Positions 1 through 11,930 of a DNA stretch of 64,000 nucleotides are shown piece after piece (the first letter of the stretch is position 1; each line of letters opens with the position of its first letter). Both the position numbers and the translations under genes were made by a program. The DNA is from Chiloscyllium plagiosum (Eukaryota): assembly GCF_004010195.1 (NCBI RefSeq), contig NC_057752.1, forward strand, positions 10,637,631-10,701,630, read 5' to 3'. The notes under the pieces are model-generated. The model saw only the letters and a list, made by a program, of their open reading frames with translations, was not told the DNA's origin and did no database searches.

Positions 1-360
1 CCAATCCAATCTAGTCCCACCTGCCAGCACCTGGCCCATATCCCTCCAAACCCTTCCTATTCATATACCCATCCAGATGCCTTTTAGATGCTGCAATTGT
101 ACCAGCCTCCACCACTTCCTCTGGCAGCTCATTCCATACACATACCACCCTCTGCGTGAAAAAGTTGCCCTTTAGATCTCTTTTATATCTTTCCCCTCTC
201 ACCCTAAATCTATGCCTTCTAGTTCTGGACTCCCCCACCCCAGGGAGTCTATTTATCCTATCCATGCCCCTCATAATTTTGTAAACCTCGGTAAGGTCAC
301 CCCCCAGCCTCCGACACTCCAGGGAAAGCAGCCCTAGCTTGTTCAGCCTCTCCCTATAGC
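1..360 (-). mobile_element. CR1 (HER1-type) LINE ORF2 3' fragment
   Basis: ORF 11..274 reads 'FRVRGERYKRDLKGNFFTQRVVCVWNELPEEVVEAGT', the typical CR1 ORF2 C-terminus. Confidence 0.9.
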
Positions 361-812
361 GAAGAAGGTTACCTCAGCTCACAACAGGATCTTGATCAGA
401 TGGGCCAGTGAGTTGAGAAGTGGCAGATGGAGTTTAATTTAGATAAATGCGAGGTGCTGCATATTGGGAAAGCAAATCTTACCAGGACTTATACACGTTA
501 TGGTAAGGTCCTAGGGAGTGTTGCTGAACAAAGAGACCTTGGAGTGCAGGTTCATAGCCCCTTGAAAGTGGAGTCGCAGGTAGATAAGGATAGTGAAGAA
601 GGCATTTGGTATGCTTTCCTTTATTGGTCAGAGTACTGAGTACAGGAGTTGGGAGGTCATGCTACGGCTATACAGGACATTGGTTCGGCCACTGTTGGAA
701 TATTGCATGCAATTCTGCTCTCCTTCCTATTGGAAAGATGTTGTGAAACTTGAAAGGGTTCAGAAAAGATTTGCAAGTGTGTTGCCAGGGTTGGAGGATT
801 TGAGCTATAGGG
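361..812 (+). mobile_element. CR1 LINE reverse-transcriptase/thumb fragment, inverted relative to 1-360
   Basis: 'WQMEFNLDKCEVLHIG...EQRDLGV' and 'LYRTLVRPLLEYC...LERVQKRF'. Confidence 0.9.
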
Positions 813-1010
813 TCCCACCGCCCCACATTACAAGTTCAAATCCTCCCGAGCAGCTCTCGCAAATCTCCCTGCCAGTATATTAGTCCCCTTCCAATTTAGG
901 TGCAATTTGTCCTTCTTGTGCAGGTCACTTCTACCCCAGAAGAGCTTCCAATGATCCAAAAATGTGAATCCTTCTCCCATACACCAGCTCCCCAGCCATG
1001 CATTCATCTG
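813..1010 (-). mobile_element. CR1 ORF1 (SGNH/esterase-like) C-terminal fragment
   Basis: 'NAWLGSWCMGEGFTFLDHW...FWGRSDL.KKD.LHLNWKGTNILAGRF' resembles the CR1 ORF1 esterase block with a DxLH motif. Confidence 0.75.
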
Positions 1011-3030
1011 CTCTTCCAAAAAGGAAAATCAGGATGGTAGCGGATCCCAAAGAAAGGAATTTGTGGAATGTCCTAAAGATGGGGTTTTGTTTGGAGTAAT
1101 TTGTGGTAGAGCCCACGAGGGAACAGGTAATTCTGGATTTGGTATGTGTAATGAGGTAGATTTGATTAGGGAGCTAAAGCTAAAGGAACCCCTAGGGGGC
1201 AATGACCATAATATGTTGGAATTCACCCTGCAATTTGAGAAGGAGAAGCTGGAATCAGATGTAATGGTGGTACAATTGAGTACAGGTAACTACAGTGACA
1301 TGAGGGAGGAGCTGGTCAGAGTGGATTGGAAGGGGTGCCTAGCAGTGAAGACAGTGGAGCAGCAATGACAGGAGTTTTAGGGGGGTATTTTGGGAGGCAG
1401 AGCAGAAATTCATCCCAAAGAAGAAGAAACAGACTAATGGGAGGACGAGGCAACCGCGGCTGACAAGAGAAGTCAGGAACAACCTAAAACCAAAAGAAAA
1501 TGCATACAATGAGGTAAAGATAAATGGGAAGCCAGAGGATTGGGAAGCCTCTGAAAACCAGCAGAAGATAACTACAAAAGCAATAAAGTAGGGAAAAGCT
1601 GAAATATAAGAGGTAACAGAGAGGCAAGAATGGATATTGGACTACTGGAAAATGAGACTGGAGAAACAGTAATGGGGAACAGAGAAATGGCAGAGGTACT
1701 TTGCATCAGCTTTTACAGTGGAAGACACAGGCAGCATACCAGAACTTCAAGAGAGTCAGGAGACAGAACTGAATATAGTGGCTTTGACAAGGTGCCACAC
1801 AGGAGGCTGCTAAATAAGAGCCCATGGTGTTAGGGGCAAAGTATGGATAGAGGATTGGCAAACTGGCAGAAGGCAGAGAGGGGATGAAAGAGCCTTTTTC
1901 AGGATGGCAGCCGATGTTCGGTGGAGTTCAGCAGAGCTCCACAACTTTTCAAGTTATACATTAACGATCTGGCCTAAGGAACTGATGACACAAATTTAGA
2001 TGGATGGACTGGTAGTGTTGAGGAAACGGGGAGGCTGCAGAAGGACTTGGAAAGGCTAGGAGAGTGGGCAAAGAAGTGGCAGATGGAATGCAATGTGAGA
2101 AATGGTGAGGTTATGCACTTTGGCATAGACTGTTTTCTAAAGGAGGAAAGACTTCGAAAATCTGAATATCAAAGGGACTTAGGAGTCCCTAGTTCAAGAT
2201 TCTCTTCAGGTTAACATGCAGGTTCAGTTGGAAGTTAGGAAGGCAAATGCAATGTTAGCATTCATTTCAAGATGGCTGGAATACCAGAACAGGATGGACT
2301 GCTGAGGCTGTATAAGACTCTGGTCAGACTGCATTTGGAATATTGTGAGCAATTTTTCTAAAATCATAGAATCCCTACAGTGTGGGAACAGGCCCTTTGG
2401 CCCAACAAGACCACACCAAACCTCCGAAGAGTAACCCACCCAGACCCATTCCCCTGCTCTATATTTACCCTGACTGATGCACCTAACCTACACATCCCTG
2501 AACATTATGGGGAATTTCCCATGGCCAATTCACCTAACCTGCACATTTTTGGACCATGGGAGAAAACCCACACAGACACAGGGAAAACGTGCTAACTCCA
2601 CACAGACAGTCACCTGAGACTGGAATTGAACCCAGCTCCCTGGCCCTCTGAGGCAGCAGTGCTAGCCACTGAGCCACCATGCTACCCTGTATATCAGGAA
2701 GGATGTGCTGGCTTTGGAGGGGGTCCAGAGGAAGTTTACAATGATCCCTGGGACAAAGGACTTGTCACCTGAGGAGCAGTTGAGAACTCTGGGTCTTACT
2801 TGATGGAGGTTAGAAGGATGAGTAGGGATCTGATTGAAACTTATAGAATACTGAGAGACCTGGATAGAGTAATTGTGAAGAAGATGTTTCCATTAATAGG
2901 AGAGACTAAGACCCTGAGGGCATAGCCTCAGAGTGAAGGAACAACCCTTTAGAACTGAAATGGGAAAGAATTTCTTCATCCAGAAGGTGGTGAATCTGTG
3001 GAACTCTGTGGACGGAAAGCTTTAGTTTGT
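1011..3030 (+). mobile_element. Degraded CR1 ORF2 (endonuclease to RT to 3' end), interrupted by an HE1 SINE
   Basis: Fragments 'EPLGGNDHNMLEF' and 'GFDKVPHRRLL', followed by the 3' 'ttcttcatccagaaggtggtgaatctgtggaactc'. Many stops and frameshifts. Confidence 0.8.
2362..2687 (-). mobile_element. HE1-like (V-SINE) tRNA-derived SINE
   Basis: Reverse complement gives the tRNA-like head 'gtggctcagtggctagcactgctgcctcag...gggttcaattccag', the V-domain 'tgtctgtgtggagttagcac' and a CR1-like tail. Confidence 0.85.
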
Positions 3031-3404
3031 ATCTAATCCCATGCTGTCCCTGTGCTGGGCGAATTTGGTGGAGATAGTGTCCAGAATGCTTCAATCTGAG
3101 TACAGCCAGTGCTAACATAAATGCAGTACTGGTGAGAGTATCTAATTGTTTTGTAATAAGTTTTTTAAAAATCTATTATAAATGTGAGTATTGAAATCTA
3201 CAGTGAGAATGCCTTAAAATTGGAGCAATCATCATGTTTGTGGGTCCTGCTCCCACTATCCCATGCCCTCCAGTAGTTCCACCATATCTGGGGATGACAT
3301 TTATGCAGTGCAGGTCCGGAGCTCCATTTGAGCTATGTAAACATTTCCTTTGGGATTTGTGTTGTTACATTGTTCACATTTAGCCATTTGAGTTACCTGA
3401 CACA

Positions 3405-3478
3405 CCACTAGATGGTGCTCTGAAGGAAATCGCAACATGAAATTGCATTGACCTGTTTTAAGTACCACAAGGTGGCAT
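3405..3478 (+). promoter_or_regulatory. Two tandem CTCF-like motifs
   Basis: CCACTAGATGGTGC (3405-3418) and CCACAAGGTGGCAT (3465-3478) approximate CCASYAGRKGGCRS. Same orientation, starts 60 bp apart, in non-TE-looking sequence. Confidence 0.4.
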
Positions 3479-3691
3479 TATGTTCTCTTCTCATCAGAAA
3501 GCACTCCAATTCTTTCCGAAGAACAATGACTCTGATTTTTTTCCCCAAGATTGTCCAAAGTTGAAAATGAGGGTTTATACATTAAAAAGTTACTATTATT
3601 TCTAACAAATTAAAACAAATAACTACAGATGCTGGAGATCTGAAATAAAAGCTAAAAATCACATAACAACAGGTTGTAGTCCAACAGGTTT

Positions 3692-6402
3692 TTTTTATTG
3701 ATATTTTTATTAGAAATTTAACATTTTTACAAGTTTACAAAAATAAACAAAACTCTCAGATATAAACATTGATATACAATTAGCTCAAATATACAATAGC
3801 CAAAATTTGACAAAAAAAACAACAAAACAACAAAAAAAACCGAAAAGAAAAAAAAACAAACAAAACCCAACTATCTACTAATCTAACCTACAACTAACCA
3901 GGGTGTATATTTAAGTCTCTTACATGCTCGGGATGTGTTAGCATCAGATATAATAAAACCCGTATTCGTGCGGGATTCCTCCCCCGAGGGGCCGCGGACC
4001 AGCCAGGTTTGTAATCTCAATTAAATAAAAGCCCTTGTTAGGATAGCCGAAATATCTGTATTTATGTAATACAAAAAGGGCTGCCATATTTTATAAAATA
4101 ATTCGGTCTTTCGGTGCACCATATTTGTAAGGAAGTCAAGGGGAATACATTCCATAAGTAGTCTGTGCCAATTTGAAAGTCCAGAGGGGCCCTCCGCCAC
4201 CCAGTTCATCAAAATATTTTTCCTTGCACAGAAAGAAAGAATAGAAAATAGTCTCTTCCCATACGTGTCCAGGGAGGGAAAGTTCGAAAAGCCCAAGAGG
4301 AGAGATACGGGGTCCACTTTTATTTCCATTCCTAAAATTTCTGTCAGGGTACTTGCTACTATAGTCCAATATCTACGGATCTTATGACAGGTCATAAGCA
4401 ATGTACAAGAGTGCCCACCTCTATTTTGCATTTAGGACACATTGGAGATGCTCCTGCCTTAAATTTTGCCAATCGAACCGGTGCTATATGGGCCCTATGA
4501 AGTATCTTCAGCTGGATAGCCTGGGTTCTGTTACAAATAGTAATTCTTCTAGCATTTTCCCAGATATCATTCCACGTTTCTGTGGAGATTTCTAGTCCCA
4601 GATCCTGATCCCATATTTTAAGCAGATTATCCATATCTCCCGATACTTCATCATGTAATAAATGATAAATATTACTGACGGAAGATACCCCCACTGGTCG
4701 TAGGACACTACATTCTCTATCGGATTTATAAAGACTATCTAATAACGTAGTCTTCTTCTGTATATAATCTCGAATTTGGAAGTATCAAAAGAGATCTCCA
4801 TTCGGTAATCCTAATTTCTGACGCAGCTGTCCGAAAGACATCAGGACCCCATCCTTAAATAAATCCCCGAGACATGAGATACCCCTGGATCACCAGAGTT
4901 TAAAANNNNNNNNNNNNNNNNNNNNNNNNNNNNNNNNNNNNNNNNNNNNNNNNNNNNNNNNNNNNNNNNNNNNNNNNNNNNNNNNNNNNNNNNNNNNNNN
5001 NNNNNNNNNNNNNNNNNNNNNNNNNNNNNNNNNNNNNNNNNNNNNNNNNNNNNNNNNNNNNNNNNNNNNNNNNNNNNNNNNNNNNNNNNNNNNNNNNNNN
5101 NNNNNNNNNNNNNNNNNNNNNNNNNNNNNNNNNNNNNNNNNNNNNNNNNNNNNNNNNNNNNNNNNNNNNNNNNNNNNNNNNNNNNNNNNNNNNNNNNNNN
5201 NNNNNNNNNNNNNNNNNNNNNNNNNNNNNNNNNNNNNNNNNNNNNNNNNNNNNNNNNNNNNNNNNNNNNNNNNNNNNNNNNNNNNNNNNNNNNNNNNNNN
5301 NNNNNNNNNNNNNNNNNNNNNNNNNNNNNNNNNNNNNNNNNNNNNNNNNNNNNNNNNNNNNNNNNNNNNNNNNNNNNNNNNNNNNNNNNNNNNNNNNNNN
5401 NNNNNNNNNNNNNNNNNNNNNNNNNNNNNNNNNNNNNNNNNNNNNNNNNNNNNNNNNNNNNNNNNNNNNNNNNNNNNNNNNNNNNNNNNNNNNNNNNNNN
5501 NNNNNNNNNNNNNNNNNNNNNNNNNNNNNNNNNNNNNNNNNNNNNNNNNNNNNNNNNNNNNNNNNNNNNNNNNNNNNNNNNNNNNNNNNNNNNNNNNNNN
5601 NNNNNNNNNNNNNNNNNNNNNNNNNNNNNNNNNNNNNNNNNNNNNNNNNNNNNNNNNNNNNNNNNNNNNNNNNNNNNNNNNNNNNNNNNNNNNNNNNNNN
5701 NNNNNNNNNNNNNNNNNNNNNNNNNNNNNNNNNNNNNNNNNNNNNNNNNNNNNNNNNNNNNNNNNNNNNNNNNNNNNNNNNNNNNNNNNNNNNNNNNNNN
5801 NNNNNNNNNNNNNNNNNNNNNNNNNNNNNNNNNNNNNNNNNNNNNNNNNNNNNNNNNNNNNNNNNNNNNNNNNNNNNNNNNNNNNNNNNNNNNNNNNNNN
5901 GTGAGGTATGGACATCAAAGGGTTACTGAGGAATAGAAGAACATCATCTGCATAAAGGGTAATTTTATGTTTACCTGTACCAATCCTTGGGGCCACTATA
6001 TTAGGATCAGCTCGTATCGCTTCTGCTAGTGGTTCAATTATTAGCGTGAATAACAATGGCGAGAGGGGACATCCCTGACGGCAGCCCCTACCCACACTGA
6101 AGCTATCCGAACCTAATCCATTGGTAACCACAATTGCTTTGGGATCACTATACAATGTTGAGACCCATTTGGTAAACACCCTGTCCAACGCCAAACCTCT
6201 CCAATGTGTAAAACAAATATGACCATTCGACCCTGTTAAATGCCTTTTCCGCGTCTAATGAAACCACTACTCCTGGTATCTTTCCCTGATGACAAGCTTG
6301 AATCATATTCAGAGCCCTTCTAACATTATTGGATGATCTACGGCCCTTAATAAACCCCGTCTGATCCTCCTTTATAATATGTGGCAGTATCCTTTCTAAT
6401 CT
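3692..6402 (-). mobile_element. 5'-truncated L1/Tx1-clade LINE (ORF2 RT plus C-terminal CCHC region, 3' UTR, poly-A); contains an N gap
   Basis: 'DQTGFIKGR', 'SLDAEKAFNRVEW', 'RGCRQGCPLSPLLF', 'LYADDVLL' and 'KILHRAH...CPKC...TLVHCL.TC'. AATAAA and an A-tail on the minus strand at about 3690-3700. 13-bp TSD GTCCAACAGGTTT at 3679-3691 and 6403-6415. Confidence 0.92.
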
Positions 6403-6424
6403 GTCCAACAGGTTTAATTGGAAG

Positions 6425-6459
6425 CACTAGCTTTCGAAGCACTGCTCCTTCATCAGGTG
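6425..6459 (-). ncRNA. Putative minimal hammerhead ribozyme in the Penelope pLTR
   Basis: Minus strand reads CAC-CUGAUGA-A-GGAGC-AGU-GCUUC-GAA-AGCU-A-GUG: intact core boxes, stem II, a palindromic stem III (AGCU) and stem I (CAC/GUG). Confidence 0.7.
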
Positions 6460-7049
6460 GTTGTGGAATATAAGATTATAAGACACAGAATTTATCGCAA
6501 ACGTTTACAGTGTGATGTAACTGAAATTATATATTGAAAAAGACCTGGATTGATTGTTAAGTCTCTCATCCTTTAGAATGACCATGTTGGTTTCAGTTCT
6601 TTCATATGTAAATTGCAAAACTTTTTTAAAAGTTACATTCTCAAGTGAACTTTAAAAATTGGTGTCATGTCGGCCCAGATAATGTACTGAAGATGTTAGC
6701 TCCCTGTGTCACAATGGTCAGACTGATTCTAATCTAAAAAACGGATTTATAGAATCTTACATGGATTCATGCAGTTTTTAAGCAAATTGAAATGTAATTC
6801 TGCAAGTGCAAATTCACCTCACAAATTTATATGTGTATGTGTGTGTGAGTGTGTGTGAACACTTCAGCAGTCCAGGACATTTGACCTTGGTCCTTTGGGT
6901 GACTGTTCTCCAGGGTGGACTTCAGAACAGGCAACTATGAAAAGTGGCCGAGCAGAGGCTGATAGCAAGTTCAGTACCCATAGGGAGGGCCTCAACTGGG
7001 ACTTTGGTTTCATTGGGTTCATGTCACACTACAGGTGACTACCATTGCA

Positions 7050-7300
7050 CTATACACACACACACACTGACACTCCTACAGACCCACAGTCCTACACACA
7101 CATACACACACTCCTACAGACACACACACTCTTGCAGACCCTCTCTCTCATACACTCACACATACACTCCCATACTCACACACACCCTCTCACAGACTTA
7201 TACCCTTTACACTAACACTCACACACATACACACACTGTCTCACAGACATTCATATTCCGCCCCCCACACACACACACACCCACATGCACGCATACACAT
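7050..7300 (+). repeat. Degenerate (CA)n-rich tract within the Penelope 3' region
   Basis: Visible runs of cacacacaca and catacacaca. Confidence 0.85.
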
Positions 7301-7984
7301 ATAAGTTTGTGAGGTGAATTTGTAACATGCAGAAATTCATTTTATTTTGCTCAAAAACTGCATGAATCCATGTAAGATTCTGTAAATCCGTTTTTTAGAT
7401 TAGAATCACTCTGACCATTGTGGCACAGACAGTCTCACAGGTAGCTCACACCTTCAATACATTATCTGGGCCGACATGACACCAATTGTTAAAGTTCACT
7501 TAAGAATGTAACTTTAAAAAGTTTTTTGATTTACATATGAAAGAACTGAAACCAACATGGTCATTCTAAAACATGAGAGACTTAACAAACAATCAGGTCT
7601 TTTTCAATATATAATTCCAGTTACATCACACTGTAAACTTTTGCTATAAATTCTGTGTCTTCCAATCTTATTCTCCGCAACCTGATGAAGGAGCAGTGCT
7701 CCAAAAGCTAGTCATTCCAAATTAACCTGTTGGACATAGCCTGGTGTTGCATGATTTTTAACTTTGTACATCCCAGTCCAACACCGGCTCTTCCAGATCA
7801 TAACATAAAAGCAGAACTGGCTAGCGAAACTCAGTGCGTCTGACAGCATCTATGGGAAGAAAGCAGAGTTAACATTTTAAAACATTAGCTTTACTTTCTC
7901 TCCACAGTTGCTGCCAGACCCGCTGAGTTTCACCAGTAATTTCTGTTTTCATCTCTATTTGTTCTGATCTTCTCATAAACACTT

Positions 7985-8950
7985 AACACTGGAGCTCCCC
8001 CAGGATGCATTCTCAGCCCCCTTCTGTACTCCCGCTACACGCACGGCTGTGTTGCCAAATTCCGAACAAATGCCATCTACAATTTTGCTGACGACACCAC
8101 CATGGTAGGACAGATATCAAACAATGATGACTCAAAATACAAACAGGAGACAGAGGGCTCGGTGACGTGCTGCAATGATAGCAATCTGCCTCTCTCAATG
8201 TCGACAAAACAAAAGAACTGATCACTGACTTCAGAAAGCGAAGAGGAGAACACGCCCCCATCTACGTTTATGAAGCAAAAGTTAAGAGGCTTGGGAGCAT
8301 CAAGTTCCTGCGAGTGGATGACTTCCCAAGTGGATGCGACATTCAAGAAGGCACAACACCTCTTCTTCCTCAGGTGGCTCAAGGAAATTTGGCATGTCCA
8401 TAAGGATCCTCACCAACCTTTACAGATGCATCATTGAAAGCATATTGTCCGGGTGCATAACGGCCTGGCACAGCATCTGCTCTGCTCAGGACTGTAAGAA
8501 ACTACAGAAGGTTGGGTGCACAGTCCAGACCATCACAGAAGCCAACCTCCCATCCATGGGCTCCATTTACACGGTTCATTGCCACAGAAAGGCTGCTAAC
8601 ATCATCAAGCACCCATCGAACCTTGGTAATGATCTCCTCCAACCTCTTCCATCAGGCAGAAGATACAGAAGCTTGAACGCATGCACCAGCAGGTTCAGGA
8701 ACAGCTTCTTCCCTGCCATTATTAGACTAATGAACGGACTCTCTAACTTCAAATAATACTGATCTTGTAAATGTGGATCGTGCCTAGCGCTGCCCTGTGC
8801 AGTGTAACCTGTATGCCTCTGTCTCAGTATTGTTGTCACCCTATGATCTGTCTGTCCCTGCTTACTATGATCTGCCTGTATTGTTCGTAAACAAAGCTTT
8901 TCACTGTACTCAGGTACACATGACAATAAATCAAATCAATTAATCAATCA
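7985..8950 (+). mobile_element. Rex1/Babar-like LINE 3' fragment (RT plus 3' UTR with (ATCAA)n tail)
   Basis: 'NTGAP.GCILSPLLYS', 'FADDTTMVG', 'LNVDKTKELITDFRK' and 'LYRCIIESILSGCITAW...LPSGRRYRSL...RFRNSFFPAIIRLMN'. Tail caataaatcaaatcaat. Confidence 0.85.
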
Positions 8951-9109
8951 ATAAAATGTATCACGAAATGTATCAATTGGATAGTCATTTAAAGCTATAT
9001 TTACAGCTTTTACTGAAAGAACTCAATTAAGCCTTTATGTGAGCTTGATATATTGCTCATGAAGCCTAATGCAAGTTGTGTGCTTTATGTTTGAGAATTC
9101 ATTGAAACC

Positions 9110-9780
9110 ATTCATTTACTTCAGCTGATGGCAACAAGATGGAAAGGAAAGTAAGCTGTCAAGAGGACAGAAGGAGGTGACAAGGGGTTTATGTGAGTGG
9201 GCAAAGATTTGGCAAATAGAGTAAAATTAGAGAAAATATGGAATTGTCAATTTTTGGCATGAAGAATCAAAATGCATATTATCTAAATGCGAAGAGATTG
9301 CAGGGCTTTGAGATGCAGAGGGTTCTGGGTGTCCTAGTGGATGAATTGTGAAAGGTTTGTATGCAGTCACAGCAAGTAATTAGGAAATCTAATGGAATAT
9401 TATCAGTTATTGTGATGGGAATTGAATGCAAAAGTTGGGAGCTTAAACTTAAGTTATGCAGTGAGACCGGCTCTGGAACATTGTGTACAATATTGGTCAC
9501 CTTATTTAAGGGGGTATGTAAATATAATGGAAGGCAGTTCGGAGAAGGAATACATGACTAATATCTGGAATGGGTGTGCTGTCTTAAAAGGAAAATTGGA
9601 CAAGCTAGGCTGGAGTTTAGAAGAGAAAGAGGTGACTTGATTGAAACATAGCAAATCCGGAGGTGACTTAACAGGGTGAATGTGGAAAGAATCTTTCCTG
9701 TAGAGTTGAGTCAGATATTCGAGAACAAGGGCTCATTGTTTAAAAATAAGGGGTTACCCATTTAAGATGGAGATGATGGG
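9110..9780 (+). mobile_element. Old degraded CR1 3' fragment
   Basis: 'VRPALEHCVQYWSPYLRG' and related CR1 thumb-region remnants. Confidence 0.7.
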
Positions 9781-10364
9781 CTAAACTTTATGCTTTTTTG
9801 TCCAAATGCAAATTGTGTCAGGTGTTTTGAAGGGATTTTTAGCAGGTCCAGAGAGATTTCTCATCACACCTTACCAAACTCGCCTTATTGGCTATGTACC
9901 TCACCGTTATTGGCATCCCTCCTAACTGGTCCTGCCCTTACCATTCCTGGAACAACGCTTCTCTTCACTGGCTATCTGCCGAAGATCTGGCATCCCTTGT
10001 TCCCATGCCAACTTTGATAGGCTACTATGCACCCAGATCAGTGTCAGCAAACAAGCATTGTCCCTTAACTTCAACTTCATGGCATGGCAGCCACTAGCCA
10101 TGTACTCTCTCATGCATTGTCTTTCCCTCATCACTGTTTACACACCAGGCCATACAGTGGACTTGTCCCTCCCCTCTCTAGGTTACAGTTACTCTGTCCC
10201 CAATGCCCATCAGATACCTGCATCATGTCACTGTTCACACAGGCAAGCAACCAGGCAATTCCAAATATGAGCTTTCATTTACAGCCAGCAAAAGTCAACA
10301 CAAACGCAACAAGTAGAGGCTGCAGGTCACCCCCTCCCTCCCCAAAGTAAACCAAATGCTGGCA

Positions 10365-10880
10365 CTTCCCTCCAAGGCCCCAAGGGACACTTCCATATCC
10401 GCCACAAATTCACCTGCACCTCCACACACATCATCTATTGCATCCGTTGCACCCGATGTGGCCTCCTCTATATTGGGGAGACAGGCCGCCTACTTGCGGA
10501 GCGTTTCAGAGAACACCTCTGGGACACCCGGACCAACCAACCCAACCACCCCGTAGCCCAACACTTTAACTCCCCCTCCCACTCCACCAAGGACATGCAG
10601 GTCCTTGGACTCCTCCATCGCCAGACCATGGCAACACAACGGTTGGAGGAAGAGCACCTCATCTTCTGCCTGGGAAAGACAGTAAGAGACAAAGACAGAT
10701 ATGAAAGATCTGTCCCTACCTTTTATCTTAGCCTGCTGGACACACTTTCCTCATTCCTGAAGAAGGGCTTATGCCCGAAACGTCGATTCTCCTGTTCCTT
10801 GGATGCTGCCTGACCTGCTGCACTTTTCCAGCAACACATTTTCAGCTCTGATCTTCAGCATCTGCAGTCCTCACTTTCTC
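10365..10880 (+). mobile_element. Penelope-like element fragment: GIY-YIG endonuclease plus pLTR
   Basis: Translates to 'FTCTSTHIIYCIRCTRCGLLYIGETGRLLAERFREHL...PVAQHFNSPSHS..DMQVLGL...RLEEEHLIFCLG', followed by a pLTR containing a hammerhead core. Confidence 0.9.
10753..10788 (+). ncRNA. Putative minimal hammerhead ribozyme in the Penelope pLTR
   Basis: AUUC-CUGAAGA-A-GGGC-UUAU-GCCC-GAA-ACGU-C-GAUU. The core boxes, 4-bp stem II, palindromic ACGU stem III and GUC cleavage triplet are present; stem I is weak. Confidence 0.65.
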
Positions 10881-10934
10881 ACTATGACCAACAACCCAGT
10901 TACAGTCCATGCTTGTCTGCAGCACCCAGCTGTC

Positions 10935-11445
10935 ATTTGATTTATTATTCTCACACGTACTGAGATACAGTGAAAAGTTTGTACTGTGTGCGAACCAAAC
11001 AAATCATACCTCACATAAATCAAACTGTACTTCAGGGTAATAGAACAGAATGCAGAATATAATGTTCCAGCTGCAGAGATGGTGCAGAGAAAGACCAACA
11101 CTAATATGTGACAGGTAGCAGACCACTCAGATATTAGAGTTGATCTTTCTCTGCACTTTCACTGGAGCTGTAACACTATATTCTGCATTTTGTTCGATTA
11201 TATTGAGCCCTAAGTCTGAGAACAGCACGGATAAAGCTGTTCTTGAATCTTTTGGTTGATGTTTTCAAACTTTTGTACCTTCTGCCAGATGAAAGAGGGT
11301 GGAAGAGAATATAACCAGGGTGGGAGGGGTCTCTGAGGATGTTGGCCACTTTCCTGAGGCAGTGGGAAGTGGAGATGGAGTCAGTGGAAGGAAGGCTGGT
11401 TTTCATGATGAACTGGGTTGCATTCACAACTCTCTGTAATTTACT
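10935..11445 (-). mobile_element. Rex1/Babar-like LINE 3' fragment
   Basis: ORF 11176..11469 reads 'KLQRVVN...ILRDPSHPGY.LF.PLSSGRRYKSLKT.TKRFKNSF'. The 3' end 'ttttcactgtatctcagtacgtgtgagaataataaatcaaat' resembles that of 7985-8950. Confidence 0.8.
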
Positions 11446-11599
11446 TGGTAATCCACTGAAAATGGGCACTGATCAGCTCCTGTTTGCCTTGTAGCACCCA
11501 ACACAGCTGAGCTCAGTCATCCACAAGGAGAACGTCCTCCAGGGTCCTCATTCTTGCCCTCCGACAACTCCCATTCCCTCAGCTCCTCAGCATCTATCA

Positions 11600-11930
11600 C
11601 ATTGCTTCACTGCTTGCTCCAGTTGTACCAACCACAGTGGTCCAGGATGATGCTGCATGTTCTGTTTGGACAATACTGGAGGGTCTCCACCCTGCTTCCA
11701 GACCATCCCAAAAACTGTGGGACCTGACCTTCAGCAGCCCTATTGGCTGCTGCACCATGGCTGTGGCCCCAGCAGGTACACCAACTTGGTGAAGGTGCAG
11801 TACTGGCTGAGTGACCTCCACATTGCATCCAAAAGGGAGTGTCGCTGTGCTCCGTGCACCCCCCACTCCAATCCTTTCCATGGCATCCCAGACCCATCTC
11901 AACCATTCCACTTTCGATTGCATTCATCAG
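11600..11930 (-). mobile_element. PIF/Harbinger DDE transposase relic (HARBI1-like C-terminal part)
   Basis: Frameshifted pieces 'ATAMVQQPIGLLKVR' and 'TLQYCPNRTCSIILDHCGWYNW' resemble the Harbinger consensus 'TR..IE..IGLLK.RF' and 'LQYSP.RV..II.ACC.LHN' as I recall them. Confidence 0.6.

Larger units (their letters stand above)
3653..7804 (+). mobile_element. Penelope-like element: GIY-YIG C-terminus plus 3' pLTR, preceded by an inverted copy of its own 3' end; split by an L1 insertion
   Basis: 6857-7010 encodes 'EHFSSPGH...VLQGGL...AEQRLIA..THREGLN'. 6403-6850 is the reverse complement of about 7290-7745. An 8-bp direct repeat ATAAAAGC lies at 3645-3652 and 7805-7812. Confidence 0.8.

Noticed and set aside
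3398..3420. Possible 23-nt minus-strand microexon (ttccttcag|AGCACCATCTAGTGGTGTGTCAG|gtaact)
   Set aside because: The length is not a multiple of 3 and the peptide does not match the expected next R3HDM2 exon. It is unsupported without RNA-seq.
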